Shown piece after piece: positions 37,401-45,614 of a DNA stretch of 64,000 bases (within the stretch, counting starts at the first letter, position 1; every line of letters begins with the position of its first letter). The DNA lies in the IMG/VR virus record IMGVR_UViG_3300030390_000232, positions 374 to 64,373 of that record; one strand, given 5' to 3'. The stretch comes from a virus. Made by a program: the position numbers and the translations under genes. Under the pieces are notes generated by a model. That model searched no databases. It saw only the letters and a program-made list of their open reading frames with translations, and was not told the origin of the DNA.

Positions 37401-39705
37401 CATCTACCCAATCTACACCTTCGGCAAGCTCTATGTCCGCTGGACGTAAGGTACCGTTATTAATAAGGACTTCTGCATCGGGTATATTAAAGTCTCGTGA
37501 TAAGTAGTTGTCGAACTGGGCGGCTGCGCTACCTACAGCATCCGCGTATACGTCCGGTATGGTTACAGTATACCCAGCCGATTCCTTTCTAGTTGTTGGG
37601 TTTCCGTCCGCGTCAATATAGGTATACGTAAATAATTTAGACGGGTCTACGTTGCCAAGGTCGTCTATAAAGTTTTCTTCTATAATGGCGTCAACAATCT
37701 CGTTAAATCTATCGAGTTTGGTGGTATCTTGCCCATCTTCACTAATTAAATGTTGTACAGTCGCGTTCTTACCCCCCACTGACTGCATAACCTGATCTCT
37801 AAACAAAGCTAGTGCTTTATCGTTAGCGGCTTGCGCTTGTATGTCAGAAGTAAACGCGCCTGTGTGCAGCCCAACCTGCATAAAATCAACGAACGCATCT
37901 TCAGTAGGGGCTAAACCGTTTAATGCGCGGTACTCTTCAACGTCGAAATCTGGAGATATATTTCTAACGATAAACTCGTTAGTTAAGGCTACCAATGGTT
38001 CAGACTCTACAGCCAAGTCGTCTAGGCTAGAAAATAGTAGTTCCTGTATGTCATTTAGGGTGGTGTTTTCTGATCTTATACGAAGTTCTAATTGACCTAA
38101 CTCAGCGTCTAACGCTTCTAGTTCTGGTTGGTACCGGCGGTTAAACTCGTTTACGTCTGAACCTAGCCTGACTAATTCTTCTTCTTGGCGGCGTATTACT
38201 TCGTACGGTATTACTGTAAACCCACCCTGCTCTGCGGTGTATTCATACAACTCTTGAGGATTCTTAAAGGTTTTACCTGCCAGATTATAGCCTTTTATAG
38301 ACCCATCCTCGTTTAATATGGGTGGCCCAAGGCTGCTTAAAAAAGTTTCAGTGGCCTGTAGGTACTCTGGGTATTTTTCCGTAAACTCGGCTTCCTTTTG
38401 TCTAAAGGCGTCTAACTTTTCCGTAAACTCTCTGTATATAGCATCCCTATCGTTATACGCGGAGGCGTACTCACCTTGAGTTGCCGCCATGAGAGCTAGG
38501 TGGTTGTTAACGTCATCGTACTTACCAGTCATGGTATCTATGGTTAATTTTAATTTGTTAGCTGCGGAATTTACTGTATCAATACTTCCAATAAAGTCTA
38601 CAAGTGCTGAAATACCACCTTTTTGTCCGTACTCATCCATAGAAGCCATTACATATTCAACAGTAGCCATCCCAGATTCTTCGTTAACACCGTTAACTAG
38701 CATGTTTGCAACGGATCTATGTACAGCGGGTATTAGTATTTCTGTAGCAGCTACCCCTAAGTCACTGCCCCAATCAATACCGGGGATTTTGTTAAGTGTC
38801 TTAGATACTACCTTAGCGGTTAGTAGAGATTGTGTGGCGGTGCTCGCTAACAGCTCAGGTGTTATTTCCTGCCCCGCTAACTCAGCGCCTACAGATACCG
38901 CTATTAAATCTTGTGCTACTTGTGGTATTGTTTTTAGTTGGCTTACATTCTCTAGGCTAAAGACAGTCTCTCCAGCGGCGTTTACTGATTCAACAACGTT
39001 CTGTGTGGGACTGCCATCGGCATTAAACGATTGTTCTTGGAAATTAAACCCGCCTTTTTCTTCTATAAACCCCATGACTTTAGAGACGGCAACCGTAGCA
39101 CCAGCAGTAAACGCACCTTGGAGAAAACCCTCGCCAAAGTTCCCGCCAGTAGCAAAAGTAACTGTGCCCTGCCCAACACCCTCAGTAACCATCGCTTCTG
39201 TTAGGGCTTGCAGCCCCGCGCTACCAGTAGTGGTACCTATGTATTCCCCCGCTGCGCTGCCAAGGTTTCCCCCTACTTTACCGCCAATATAGGTTGATAC
39301 GTAGGTTGTCACCCCAACCTTTACCGCTTCCTCAAGATCTCCAGTCGCGTGATATGCTATAGCGGCATCTGTAAAAGGCTTAACTTTTAGGTACGCACCA
39401 CCAGTAATTATAGTCGCAAGAACGTCGAATATAAACTTCGCGGGGTTGGCTTTGTAGGCGTCGGCTATACCTTGAAATATACCTTTCTGAAATTCATAGA
39501 CTGGGTTTATTATTTCGTCGTCTATCCACGACGCAACGTCTCTTAGGTCTTCTTCAAGCCCACCATGAAACAAGAAATCATTAGTGTCTTCTATAAAATC
39601 GCCTACAAGACCACCTTTTCCGGGCACTATACCAAAAAAGTCATCCCAGACTGCTTCGTAAATATTATCTAATCCTGTTACCTTGCCGACCCAACCACCG
39701 CACAT
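28441..39705 (-). CDS. giant acidic virion-associated protein (3754 aa)
   Basis: Single 11.3-kb ORF with DTGG repeats, about 161-aa repeats and EF-hand-like DVNNDGYIDQAD. Confidence 0.75.
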   Translation of the reverse strand: MCGGWVGKVTGLDNIYEAVWDDFFGIVPGKGGLVGDFIEDTNDFLFHGGLEEDLRDVASWIDDEIINPVYEFQKGIFQGIADAYKANPAKFIFDVLATIITGGAYLKVKPFTDAAIAYHATGDLEEAVKVGVTTYVSTYIGGKVGGNLGSAAGEYIGTTTGSAGLQALTEAMVTEGVGQGTVTFATGGNFGEGFLQGAFTAGATVAVSKVMGFIEEKGGFNFQEQSFNADGSPTQNVVESVNAAGETVFSLENVSQLKTIPQVAQDLIAVSVGAELAGQEITPELLASTATQSLLTAKVVSKTLNKIPGIDWGSDLGVAATEILIPAVHRSVANMLVNGVNEESGMATVEYVMASMDEYGQKGGISALVDFIGSIDTVNSAANKLKLTIDTMTGKYDDVNNHLALMAATQGEYASAYNDRDAIYREFTEKLDAFRQKEAEFTEKYPEYLQATETFLSSLGPPILNEDGSIKGYNLAGKTFKNPQELYEYTAEQGGFTVIPYEVIRRQEEELVRLGSDVNEFNRRYQPELEALDAELGQLELRIRSENTTLNDIQELLFSSLDDLAVESEPLVALTNEFIVRNISPDFDVEEYRALNGLAPTEDAFVDFMQVGLHTGAFTSDIQAQAANDKALALFRDQVMQSVGGKNATVQHLISEDGQDTTKLDRFNEIVDAIIEENFIDDLGNVDPSKLFTYTYIDADGNPTTRKESAGYTVTIPDVYADAVGSAAAQFDNYLSRDFNIPDAEVLINNGTLRPADIELAEGVDWVDVITGGGIGYNPVTGRKEYVSKLTNDEGKDVTMWDVFSGRPTTVVEGGVTLAELQRENPETFWGFMGSIGTNLKNDFLADLDESEVALADRNAYVEAKIDATIEGSKRFVGTSAYTFGKIIESHKEKSAENIAAFRNYTTSDLIEDINSFYEANIATRAEVPLDFEDTRGAQVYENISDGVVNMLAITDGAIANISQSFNGMLYVVAGGLDASGIDHDIDSAYIENTRLNQWAKDVMTLAEGAKTEEWKAKAKELNELMAVRAEDDPSTPYVNEAVWGTMQIIGGAYDEQPAAFLGEILYSELVEESVTLAAGGLGAVVGKAAAKKYAKDQAEVWAARTGLTTAAALDIAESAGGTAGGAYDESFALIKDIITERRDAGYYDYTNQRITEMADAYAMDIAQRNGYFAAMTTAALMGVGGLALERARLGNKFDDAASITETIKAYDAYATKLATQFDAWITKTGKVAGKETIAEFAEEAFITNNLEGMLLKWDPDRNVTGNVLFNGFMGAVIAGPVTGTLEGIGSLLDNELPSFGTLTGRQDQYDTGNPMANLLLNINADTVRAVGGMSMYDGGERDLYDAFSDIGLDFDTASALIGAANDANYSGSVVQTPNDNSDTSFGELPPPNFDNFPTVAQDANAVDVVHYDPASRTSYQYLPSASGGRWVGVSPVDISITGGSQRQLSVGDSFTDNLTGSKFLVGKNGTFKQAFDSKVNPGELVTRAQLNIDREVIDNWRRYKSYGTRGPTAAPGLLDYEGVRLSETAFEAKYNKHVENLNNILSLTLTNPDGGVSEVYTFANGDASVAGGLRSVHNDTLFDGVNFIKDVTLEDMAKNTPGYFANEFEELENGDQILSVSAFTNKHIADLEKQGLTFGADSAYISDYTGPQYANDEGFGWEITDPGSGQKYLVQQSQKNLRYYDQDGNLVTRTQYGWRIYDLIYSDTRGREKGRELGYSNNINGSFTAHPDFDAEQRETAYLPGPDLLARVFPSLLRQAHITYPEAKDGFRTYANWTENPFYSVTQANLLDANGDNTFRISEASARDLIAAKYGASFTPSRTFLEQVQFQGTTSSINLDVSEVVWRAQNIPEEAWEDLDRVIIAGNNSVREPTTGQLHYYSPVHGWLTYVDAIYNKTGSRMARNSLYVSPYVTAPEDQVPGREYNDDGREVGFFRAWVKGTSNFKYNPSLDEEIVWAGIASDNAWANPADSIYGSRSAYGDNPPPIQEEFSGGTTDLGSNPEDFALVDLFMRAELTKNGWTREQADELIYSMTPEELATKIDNGEFFEYGNNWEILNNENNKFSNAISLQDAVDFFSTNFPDYEPTDADLQALLTTSMSADDLITTSAADIQATALREATQIVTPDSADSKMTIDEWKQFVQDDLGWTEEQAYNYAQDYATQLQASLDYNNKTQAQFKQQYATLFDGMVISAEEAAAEYARLYPNYNPTAADIQAIITGANATSASSEAAMTATLNSGTNRARVEAEIARIAQEQADRDESIDDTGGDTGGDTGGDTGGDTGGDTGGDTGGDTGGDTGGDTGGDTGGDTGGDTGDSALTYNEFKSAMINDYGLTEDEFYASMGDAYGATRQDIDANLEAAFTAERYSFNSELLSTYLDGVINTTEEVTAAYREKLGANYNPTAGELAAYVGTSFTLDEDNNRVNDRSIQELLRSFTDEEDVVILMRSLGYEKYHLANVQPRVYVYAKPTGQVREDGTVVTTNKIAEEDVNDLFTFGRTSQADNIAAFEAYVAAAGVDENGYIDTTYTPPPEFTYLSESTIRDLVTNQVNALGTTLTPAKRQELIDSYTSTLLGIENAREGREEEGYTTAAFESYVGTLVGQEVTKRADTITAFGDYNPSEAEITNYLNNNEGVAAYLEPKQYTREEAKADLAAELGISVGDIDEETYGVYLDSLVDMTGARTDVQGKGKVETDITNTADVRSYLDGLGYDGVLTDEQLLAFAGTGLNTDLGAATGTYRSGVDADRQTAADTQTIKDALAATGLTMPAGFDYAGFLPRGEGQSDFSWETAIPYAVNAYKKSRQYTRTEAIADLETELGRSLTQEEIDNGVYDSFLDGVVQLDGDTDADATGRTQVETDITNDADVRSYLEGLGYTPTEEEISAFAGTGLGIDLGTTTAEYRSGVDAERQTAADTQTIKDALAATGLTMPAGFDYAGFLPRGEGQSDFSWETAIPYAVDAYKKSRQYTRAEAKADLAAELGISVGEIDEEVYGTYLDGVVQLDGNTDADATGKTQVETDITSEQEVRDYLSDYTLGEDFSFDGLTGLDVDLDDALGGFKASNRTTAQNQIAADLGTKGWADASNADIAEVQGLDSAGRDAWIAERQFTEQQAIDALAAQGITADHPQFQSLVDQLVVDKGDAGTPTTQGELVDNPEDELIDRYIITQAEIDAEMGGYSYFDFAQTPLGVTPGVADDTTLGGLVQTHVEDNYVQADAAREALNGIAGVDAYEQDLDGNYVITDDQLLGMGLAGQYDPTTLGTKVDAATTTEEEVIAAFGENYNPTDAEIARYMGLLPDGDIGTTIPAYVAGRMDTLVSDVGDLSLTVSQLQDQLNGALADGGSLDQAVSKVADDLGIAEDALLKLIGDNSNKFDDLEAAFGTQATGDQEATGIWANIADLEGDVGDLQDEVGDIQDAFGTQGTTTAGEDGILGTEDDVVVSATGIYGIIDQVAQGVLTNEEAIAALQGAVGVPATYAGDGVTVLTPATGIYAQSGTGVNAEVLQAIDAVYEYVGQADFASDTTVQQVADLLGKPADLVTQDDIDMATSIFGEFEGTYLPLADPAPTYAEGQVDSYDVNNDGYIDQADVDLLTELYGGVDAAYNNVVEGLSEGSRFASTGVFGILDQQNRNQAAANQAIIDQAAIDAQTQADINTQTNTQIQAQIQAQQDAEKRSLLYSLAASQPQQAAVEPHVAPFKQRYNWESIFSSEQEEADREKISPYGGYSPEPEQSTKAAATGGLITDESDELLALLGLE
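30640..31785. repeat. about 483-486-bp intragenic direct repeats
   Basis: Near-identical blocks, e.g. ACGTGTGTACTGC at 30799, 31285 and 31768. Confidence 0.85.
32755..32910. repeat. 12-bp tandem repeat encoding (DTGG)x12 plus a partial unit
   Basis: Two synonymous codon flavours, GAT ACT GGT GGA and GAC ACA GGC GGC. Confidence 0.92.
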
Positions 39706-39708
39706 AAT

Positions 39709-40170
39709 CTAGTCCTGTACCTTGTATTTGTATAAACCACCTAAGTGTTTATAACCTATATTTTCGAGTAGCGCGCCAGTTTTTTCTGCATCTAAACTTG
39801 TAGACACCCCAGAGTATATTTCCGATACCCCTTTACTTTTAGCAAACTCAATTAGTTTGTCTATTAGTTTTACTGCCACAGGGCCACCACGATACTCTTT
39901 GGCAACGTACCATAAATGGTCGCACACGCGTAACTCATCACTAAAAAAGTAAGGTACTACTTCAGCAATGACCATACCTACGGGTATGCCATTATCCTCA
40001 GCTACGTACACACAAAAAGAACTGTTCTGTGTGGCTAATATGCCAAAATCACGTACTTTTACTGGGTTCCATTCTATACCTGCGAATGCCGTCTCCTCGT
40101 GCATAATCTTACCTAGCTCAACAAAAGGCTCTACATCTGATAAACGCGCTTTTCTAACCGTTATACTCAC
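39709..40170 (-). CDS. GNAT-family N-acetyltransferase
   Basis: VRKARLSDV, YVAEDNGIPVGM, WYVAKEYRGG, LLENIGYK. Confidence 0.8.
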   Translation of the reverse strand: MSITVRKARLSDVEPFVELGKIMHEETAFAGIEWNPVKVRDFGILATQNSSFCVYVAEDNGIPVGMVIAEVVPYFFSDELRVCDHLWYVAKEYRGGPVAVKLIDKLIEFAKSKGVSEIYSGVSTSLDAEKTGALLENIGYKHLGGLYKYKVQD

Positions 40171-40625
40171 ACTTTAGCCCCTATTATTTTGTTGTCGAAC
40201 GTAACTCGCGCCAAGTAGGTCTGCCTACTTTTTTTCTCTCCTATCCCTGCACGCACTTTATACTTCTTTAGTACAGGTAATATTTTTAAAAACGCACCTA
40301 AAAAGTCTGGATTTCTACATATCAAATACACTCCGGTTACCCCGCGTTTTTGTACAACTGTTAAGAACTTTAATATGTTACCGTGAAAATTGGCTTGTAT
40401 ATCCATATTATGTACATAAACGACTATTTCTTTTTGTTTGTCTTTTTCACCACTTAAATAAGTAAACATAGTGTTATTTACTTGTACAGGTGTAGCGTCG
40501 TTACTAGTTTGAAGTGTCCCCAAAGCAAGCATGGAAAAATCATTACCAAGCCCTAAGTTGTCTACCGCACCCATAAGTATTTCCGGGGGTACTAACTGAT
40601 TCTTTTTACCGTCTACAAGTTCCAT
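40167..40625 (-). CDS. hypothetical late protein
   Basis: ORF with AGGAG SD, coupled to the GNAT gene. Confidence 0.7.
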   Translation of the reverse strand: MELVDGKKNQLVPPEILMGAVDNLGLGNDFSMLALGTLQTSNDATPVQVNNTMFTYLSGEKDKQKEIVVYVHNMDIQANFHGNILKFLTVVQKRGVTGVYLICRNPDFLGAFLKILPVLKKYKVRAGIGEKKSRQTYLARVTFDNKIIGAKV

Positions 40626-40638
40626 GCTGTGCTCCTAG

Positions 40639-40899
40639 TTAAGGTTTTTCAGGCCAAATAATTTCTTCGTATGTGGTTGCCGATGCGTTAGTTACCGGCA
40701 TGTCGCGTAGAGCCTGTCTATAAGTAACCCACTCTGCTTTCTTAGCGTCTGTAAGAGGTGCATCAGCCAGTTGGGTTATGTCGCTTTCTTGCAACAAGTC
40801 CTTTCTTATTCTTCGCATCTTACCTACATAAGTTTCTGCGGCAGCGGCTAAAGCGGCAGCAACATCGCCACTAGCTAGTAATTCTTCTATGCTAGGCAT
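40639..40899 (-). CDS. tail fibre assembly chaperone
   Basis: RRIRKDLLQESDITQLAD...EWVTYRQALRDMP...IIWPEKP; start MPSIEE overlaps the fibre stop. Confidence 0.8.
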   Translation of the reverse strand: MPSIEELLASGDVAAALAAAAETYVGKMRRIRKDLLQESDITQLADAPLTDAKKAEWVTYRQALRDMPVTNASATTYEEIIWPEKP

Positions 40900-42463
40900 C
40901 TGATAATCCTGAGTCGTTAAATACCATCCAGACATTAGCTGCTACTGCTTGTAGCATCATAGTACCACCAACAGCTAACGTAGGGTTATTAGTAAACGCA
41001 GTTAGCGTTAAACTAGGAAAATAGTATATCGTTTGGGCTGTACCACTACCATCTCTGTCTATAGTTAAAGCGCCTCCAGCAGCGTTACTTATCTGAAAAA
41101 TGTCGCCTATATTGCAAGTAGTTGTACTAATATCTGAAGATGCTGCACAGGCGGGTAATTCAAATTCAAGTGCTCCGCCAGCCGCTATAACCATGTTCTG
41201 GCCTCGGTATTGTATCATCTGAGCTACGGATTGGTTTCCAGTAATAAAGGCATCAAGCGGGCCTATGCCGCCTATCTGTATAACTTTAGCCCTGTAACTT
41301 TCAGGCATATGCAGGTCATAAGAGGTCTGAAGGGCGTTGCCGTTTAATGCGCTTGCTTTTATTGCGTTGTTAGCGCCTAACTTTAACTCCCCAGTATCTG
41401 AGCGTAAGTACCCAGTGGTTATAAAGTAGTCTGCATTAATGTTTAACGCTATTGAGTGGCCAGTAGCAAAACTATCATTAGTGTAATCAGTAAAAGGGTC
41501 AACTGCCCCGCTACCGTCAGCTACGGTAAATACTAAAGAGCCTTTGTGCTCACCATCATCTGATTTATTACTCCTGTTAACATAAAATGACCCGTAAGAT
41601 ACTTTTCTATCGTCTTCGTTTAACCCAGTAAAAACAAATGCACCACCAGAAGTTGTCGCGTCAGTTGAGTTAGCGAACAACTCAACAATAGGGCCGTGTT
41701 TATAGGCACTAATAGCTGAAGAGGTAAACTGCGAGTATTGATTATTGGCAGTAAACGCGCCATTAACTGTAGTAGCGCCAGTAGCAGTAACGCCATCAGG
41801 GTCTAGTGTAAGTAGGGTGTTAGGTGTACCAGCTTGCATAACACTAAAGGATAACTCACCGTCTTCGGTGCCGTCAGTAACATCTAAAATTTTGTTTAGG
41901 ATACCCGCCGTACTGGTTTTTTGAGCTGCATCATTGTTAGCGTAGAACTCTATTCGGCCTGCGTGGTCGTTATCGGCAGGACTAGACGAGTTTCTATAGA
42001 ACGATACACGAGGATCAGAATCAGTATTACTAGAGTTAGTGTCTACAAGCTCTAAGTTATCATTGGAATTAAAGTTGTTTATTGTAAGGCCGCCATTAAT
42101 GACGTTGTTGGGGGCGAACGTAGAGGAACTACCCATAGTAAAGTAACCAGCCGTTAGATTACTACTACCTATGTCTATGTTGCCGAAGTTAGAGGTTATT
42201 GACCCGCCATCTAATGCGCCCACAGACGTAATGTTAGTCTGGGCGGCTGTTTGTAGTGTGCCTGTCAACGTAGTAGCAGTAACCCCACCTGTAACAGTAA
42301 GGTCACCATTGATAGTAGTGTCGCCTAGGTCTTGGCGCAGGTGCTCGTCCAACTGGTTAAAGTATAAGCGTAGGACGCTAAACGTCCGTTGGAATAGGCT
42401 TTGGTTGTACTGTGTCGGCGGTATCGGCAGTGCAGGCGCTTTAAACTTGACGTTATTAGCCAT
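40892..42463 (-). CDS. tail fibre / receptor-binding protein
   Basis: N-terminal adaptor PALPIPP...LRLYFNQL; T/G/N/S-rich beta repeats; followed by a chaperone. Confidence 0.75.
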   Translation of the reverse strand: MANNVKFKAPALPIPPTQYNQSLFQRTFSVLRLYFNQLDEHLRQDLGDTTINGDLTVTGGVTATTLTGTLQTAAQTNITSVGALDGGSITSNFGNIDIGSSNLTAGYFTMGSSSTFAPNNVINGGLTINNFNSNDNLELVDTNSSNTDSDPRVSFYRNSSSPADNDHAGRIEFYANNDAAQKTSTAGILNKILDVTDGTEDGELSFSVMQAGTPNTLLTLDPDGVTATGATTVNGAFTANNQYSQFTSSAISAYKHGPIVELFANSTDATTSGGAFVFTGLNEDDRKVSYGSFYVNRSNKSDDGEHKGSLVFTVADGSGAVDPFTDYTNDSFATGHSIALNINADYFITTGYLRSDTGELKLGANNAIKASALNGNALQTSYDLHMPESYRAKVIQIGGIGPLDAFITGNQSVAQMIQYRGQNMVIAAGGALEFELPACAASSDISTTTCNIGDIFQISNAAGGALTIDRDGSGTAQTIYYFPSLTLTAFTNNPTLAVGGTMMLQAVAANVWMVFNDSGLSDA

Positions 42464-44784
42464 TATCGTCTCCCGTCTGGGCGCATATCAATACGGGGGT
42501 ACCCGAGCTGCCACTTAACTCCTAAGTCCGTAGACTCGACTTTTAACGACATTTGTCGGCCACGCAAGCGCGTGTTTATGTGTGTGGTGTAAGGTTCTAC
42601 AGTAATTGTAGTCCCCTGCACTACTGTGCCTGTGTTACTGCCACCTTCTGACGTTGGGGTGTTGTACCCAGAACCTGAGCTATCTAACGGGTTTAACGTC
42701 ATATCTACGCTAGGAGAGCCTTGTGTAGACCCTTGAAACGTAATATCCGGCAACATACGCCATACAAACGCAAATTGGTGTCCGTCTTGCAAATCAAATT
42801 CAGAAGACGTAATAGAAGCAGTTATAGGTAACGTAGTAGTTGTCTCGCTATCATCTACCCCAAGTTCGTGGTCTACTAGGTTTTTAGTGTATGTAGCAGC
42901 TAGCGGGTAGCTACGAATACCCGAGTTCTCCCACGCAGTACGCGCCATAGTGCCGTGATACCATATGTTTTCTAAGTAGTTATACACCACATATAGATCA
43001 TTGGTTGTAGACTCTGCGCTAGGGTAGAACCACCAAACCTCGTTAAACCCCTCGTTAGTTCCCGATACGACTTGCTGGGACTGACTAATCTCAAAGTTAT
43101 CGAATACGTGCCTGTGTAGAGTAGAAGGTAGGGGTTTTACGTTGCCGTCGTAAGTGTAGAACTTATCTTTACCCATCCAAAACGCTATACCATTAGCGTA
43201 AGCAACGGCATTAGGGCCGCATATAGACACGTTTTCACCTACTAACTGCGCGCCCCAACCCTCTAAACCGAGTAGTTGTAGGGAGTATAGAGCTGCATCT
43301 GTCCAGACAAGTATCTCTTGGCGGGCTTGTACACCCGTTATAATCTCACCACCTCTTGATAGTTTTATACTACCCGCTACGTTTGTAGTAGTAGGTGCCC
43401 AGTCACCAGCGTCTTCTTGGTCTGACCAACGTACTAGTAACGGGTCTATAGTATTCGTTGTGTCTAAATATGCTGTCGAGCCTAAACAAAACACAAACCG
43501 ACTAATGTCTGATACCAGTACCCTGTTAGCCTTAGCGGGTACACTAAGTGAGTTAGCTCTACTTGATAGCAAAGTAGCACGTGTGGATAGACTGCCGTCA
43601 CCATCCCAATAGAATAGTGGCCCACCTCTATAGTTCATAATGAGGTCTTCGCCAAAATTAGCTTGGCTCCATAAACGTATGTTAGATTCGGTGGTAAGCC
43701 CCGTCCCCCATGCGCCGCCGCTCCATATACCTCCACCCCAGCCTTCTTGTGCGGTTTGCACCTCATCACCTGAATTGGTTTGGAACGTAGCCACTAAAGC
43801 CCCACCACCAAATGAAGTAGACGAGCTGGTAGCGTTATCCGCTGCTCCGCTAGAATCCACTATTGATACTGTATATGTATCGGCAAAAGAAAACGCTACT
43901 GGCTGCCCATCAGCTATGGTAATTGCGTTGGCGATAGTTATTGATGTTTGGTCAGCTACCGCAGTCACTACCTCACTGAACGCCGATGTATCTGTGTTGT
44001 TGCCTGTGATGGTCATCCCAATAGCTATTGTGCCATCTGTGGGTGCATCAATGGTTACAGTTTGGCTGGCACTAACAGATACATCTATTGTGGTAGAGAC
44101 TTGTTGGGACGCGTTGTAGGATATTTGGTATTCTTTGTTTATGTTGGCCTCTACAAGCCCATTAAAGTCACCAGATTTACCTGAAAACGTCACAAAATCA
44201 TTGTTTGTATACCCGCGATTAGTGTCCACAATACGTAGTAAATTACTAGCATTGTAGCTAATAGCCTTGTTAGAGTACGTAATAACTGCTTTGAAGTGTA
44301 ATATAGCCCCTACCGCAAGGGTTTCGGCAGTGCCCGCGAACGTTATTTGTGTTGTTGAGGCCGCTGTTACGATCTGTGTAAATGAGTTACTGTCTGTATC
44401 TGTACCAGTAACAGTCATACCTGTACGAATATCACCTACTAAATTTTCAATAAGTACCGTATTGGCTGCGCTTATGGCGGTTTTTACTGTCGCAGAGGCT
44501 TGGTCAAGTGGAGTAACGTCATTGTACTCGCCACCAGACTCTACATAGAACTTAGTGTTCGTACCAACACCTACATACAGCTTACTAGCTAGAGTACGCC
44601 AGCTACGTATAGAGCGAGAGATGCCGTTAAACACGTTATTAGATAGGCGCACCCACCCACCGATCTTTTCCGGCAAGCCTTTACGGAACCGTACTTTGTC
44701 GGAGTCGTGCCAGCCACCTTCAGTGCTGTAGCGTGTACCTTCTTTGTTTACACCGGGTTTTAGTTCTAACTTGCTTAATGGCAT
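42463..44784 (-). CDS. tail nozzle / head-closure protein (P22 gp10 / T7 tail tubular B-like) with inserted domains
   Basis: LKPGVNKEGTRY, VRFRKGLPEKIGGW, LLVRWSDQE, propeller-like C-half. Confidence 0.7.
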   Translation of the reverse strand: MPLSKLELKPGVNKEGTRYSTEGGWHDSDKVRFRKGLPEKIGGWVRLSNNVFNGISRSIRSWRTLASKLYVGVGTNTKFYVESGGEYNDVTPLDQASATVKTAISAANTVLIENLVGDIRTGMTVTGTDTDSNSFTQIVTAASTTQITFAGTAETLAVGAILHFKAVITYSNKAISYNASNLLRIVDTNRGYTNNDFVTFSGKSGDFNGLVEANINKEYQISYNASQQVSTTIDVSVSASQTVTIDAPTDGTIAIGMTITGNNTDTSAFSEVVTAVADQTSITIANAITIADGQPVAFSFADTYTVSIVDSSGAADNATSSSTSFGGGALVATFQTNSGDEVQTAQEGWGGGIWSGGAWGTGLTTESNIRLWSQANFGEDLIMNYRGGPLFYWDGDGSLSTRATLLSSRANSLSVPAKANRVLVSDISRFVFCLGSTAYLDTTNTIDPLLVRWSDQEDAGDWAPTTTNVAGSIKLSRGGEIITGVQARQEILVWTDAALYSLQLLGLEGWGAQLVGENVSICGPNAVAYANGIAFWMGKDKFYTYDGNVKPLPSTLHRHVFDNFEISQSQQVVSGTNEGFNEVWWFYPSAESTTNDLYVVYNYLENIWYHGTMARTAWENSGIRSYPLAATYTKNLVDHELGVDDSETTTTLPITASITSSEFDLQDGHQFAFVWRMLPDITFQGSTQGSPSVDMTLNPLDSSGSGYNTPTSEGGSNTGTVVQGTTITVEPYTTHINTRLRGRQMSLKVESTDLGVKWQLGYPRIDMRPDGRR

Positions 44785-44793
44785 TGCTACCTC

Positions 44794-45144
44794 TTAGTAA
44801 GACCACATCACAGGTTCAGTCCTGCGTATGTCTACGTGAACAAAAGTCTTAGCGATGCCAATACCACTAAACCCTAACTCGAACGCTTTTTTAGCTAACA
44901 AGAATCTTTGCGCCCCACCGCTAACACGTATATCTGCGGCAATGCCTTTACTGTGCATCCCCGGTGCGGCTTTCTTAGCCTCAATGGAATGCTTAGGGCT
45001 TCTGTACCCAGAGGTAATCGTAAACGAAAACCCACACGCTTCGCGTAACGAATCTAGCGCATGAATAAATTCATCCTGCATGTCATTCTCGCCAGTCTCT
45101 TGGCAATCGAACTCTTCGATCTTAAAGTATTTAAAATTACTCAT
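44794..45144 (-). CDS. endolysin, peptidase M15 family
   Basis: ITSGYR, HSKGIAADI, FVHVD zinc-ligand motifs. Confidence 0.88.
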   Translation of the reverse strand: MSNFKYFKIEEFDCQETGENDMQDEFIHALDSLREACGFSFTITSGYRSPKHSIEAKKAAPGMHSKGIAADIRVSGGAQRFLLAKKAFELGFSGIGIAKTFVHVDIRRTEPVMWSY

Positions 45145-45613
45145 CTGGTTTGTGACTCGCACCGAAGTAAAAAGAAGTTATGGCGGATACTACACCACCC
45201 ATGTAGCCTAGGATTAGGCTCACTATAGTGTCGCTATTAGCATCAGGTGGCTGGATAGTAACAAGAAAAATATACCCAACAAACCCCACCAGAGCGACAA
45301 GAGCAACGACTCTCGGCGTCCAATCACCTTTGTGTGCCTGTCTCGCATCTTTGACATCTTGAGCCTCCAAAGCAAATACATCGACTTCTAACTCTGCCAT
45401 CTTCTTCTCGAAGTCTAACTCGGCCTTTTTAATCTCAACAAGCTGCTCAGGTGTGGCGGATTGCATCGCCGTCTCGATAGACTTAGCGTCTGACTTACAA
45501 CCTAATACAGATGCAATTGCAGACGCCGCAGTGCCCCCAAGAGGGCCAGCTAGTGCCGTACCAAGTGTAGGGGCAACCGCCCCAATTAAGCCTTTTATAG
45601 CTTTAAAATTCAT
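45137..45613 (-). CDS. putative holin
   Basis: APTLGTALAGPLGG N-terminus, DARQ motif, two TM helices ending SFYFGAS. Confidence 0.65.
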   Translation of the reverse strand: MNFKAIKGLIGAVAPTLGTALAGPLGGTAASAIASVLGCKSDAKSIETAMQSATPEQLVEIKKAELDFEKKMAELEVDVFALEAQDVKDARQAHKGDWTPRVVALVALVGFVGYIFLVTIQPPDANSDTIVSLILGYMGGVVSAITSFYFGASHKPDE

Positions 45614-45614
45614 T

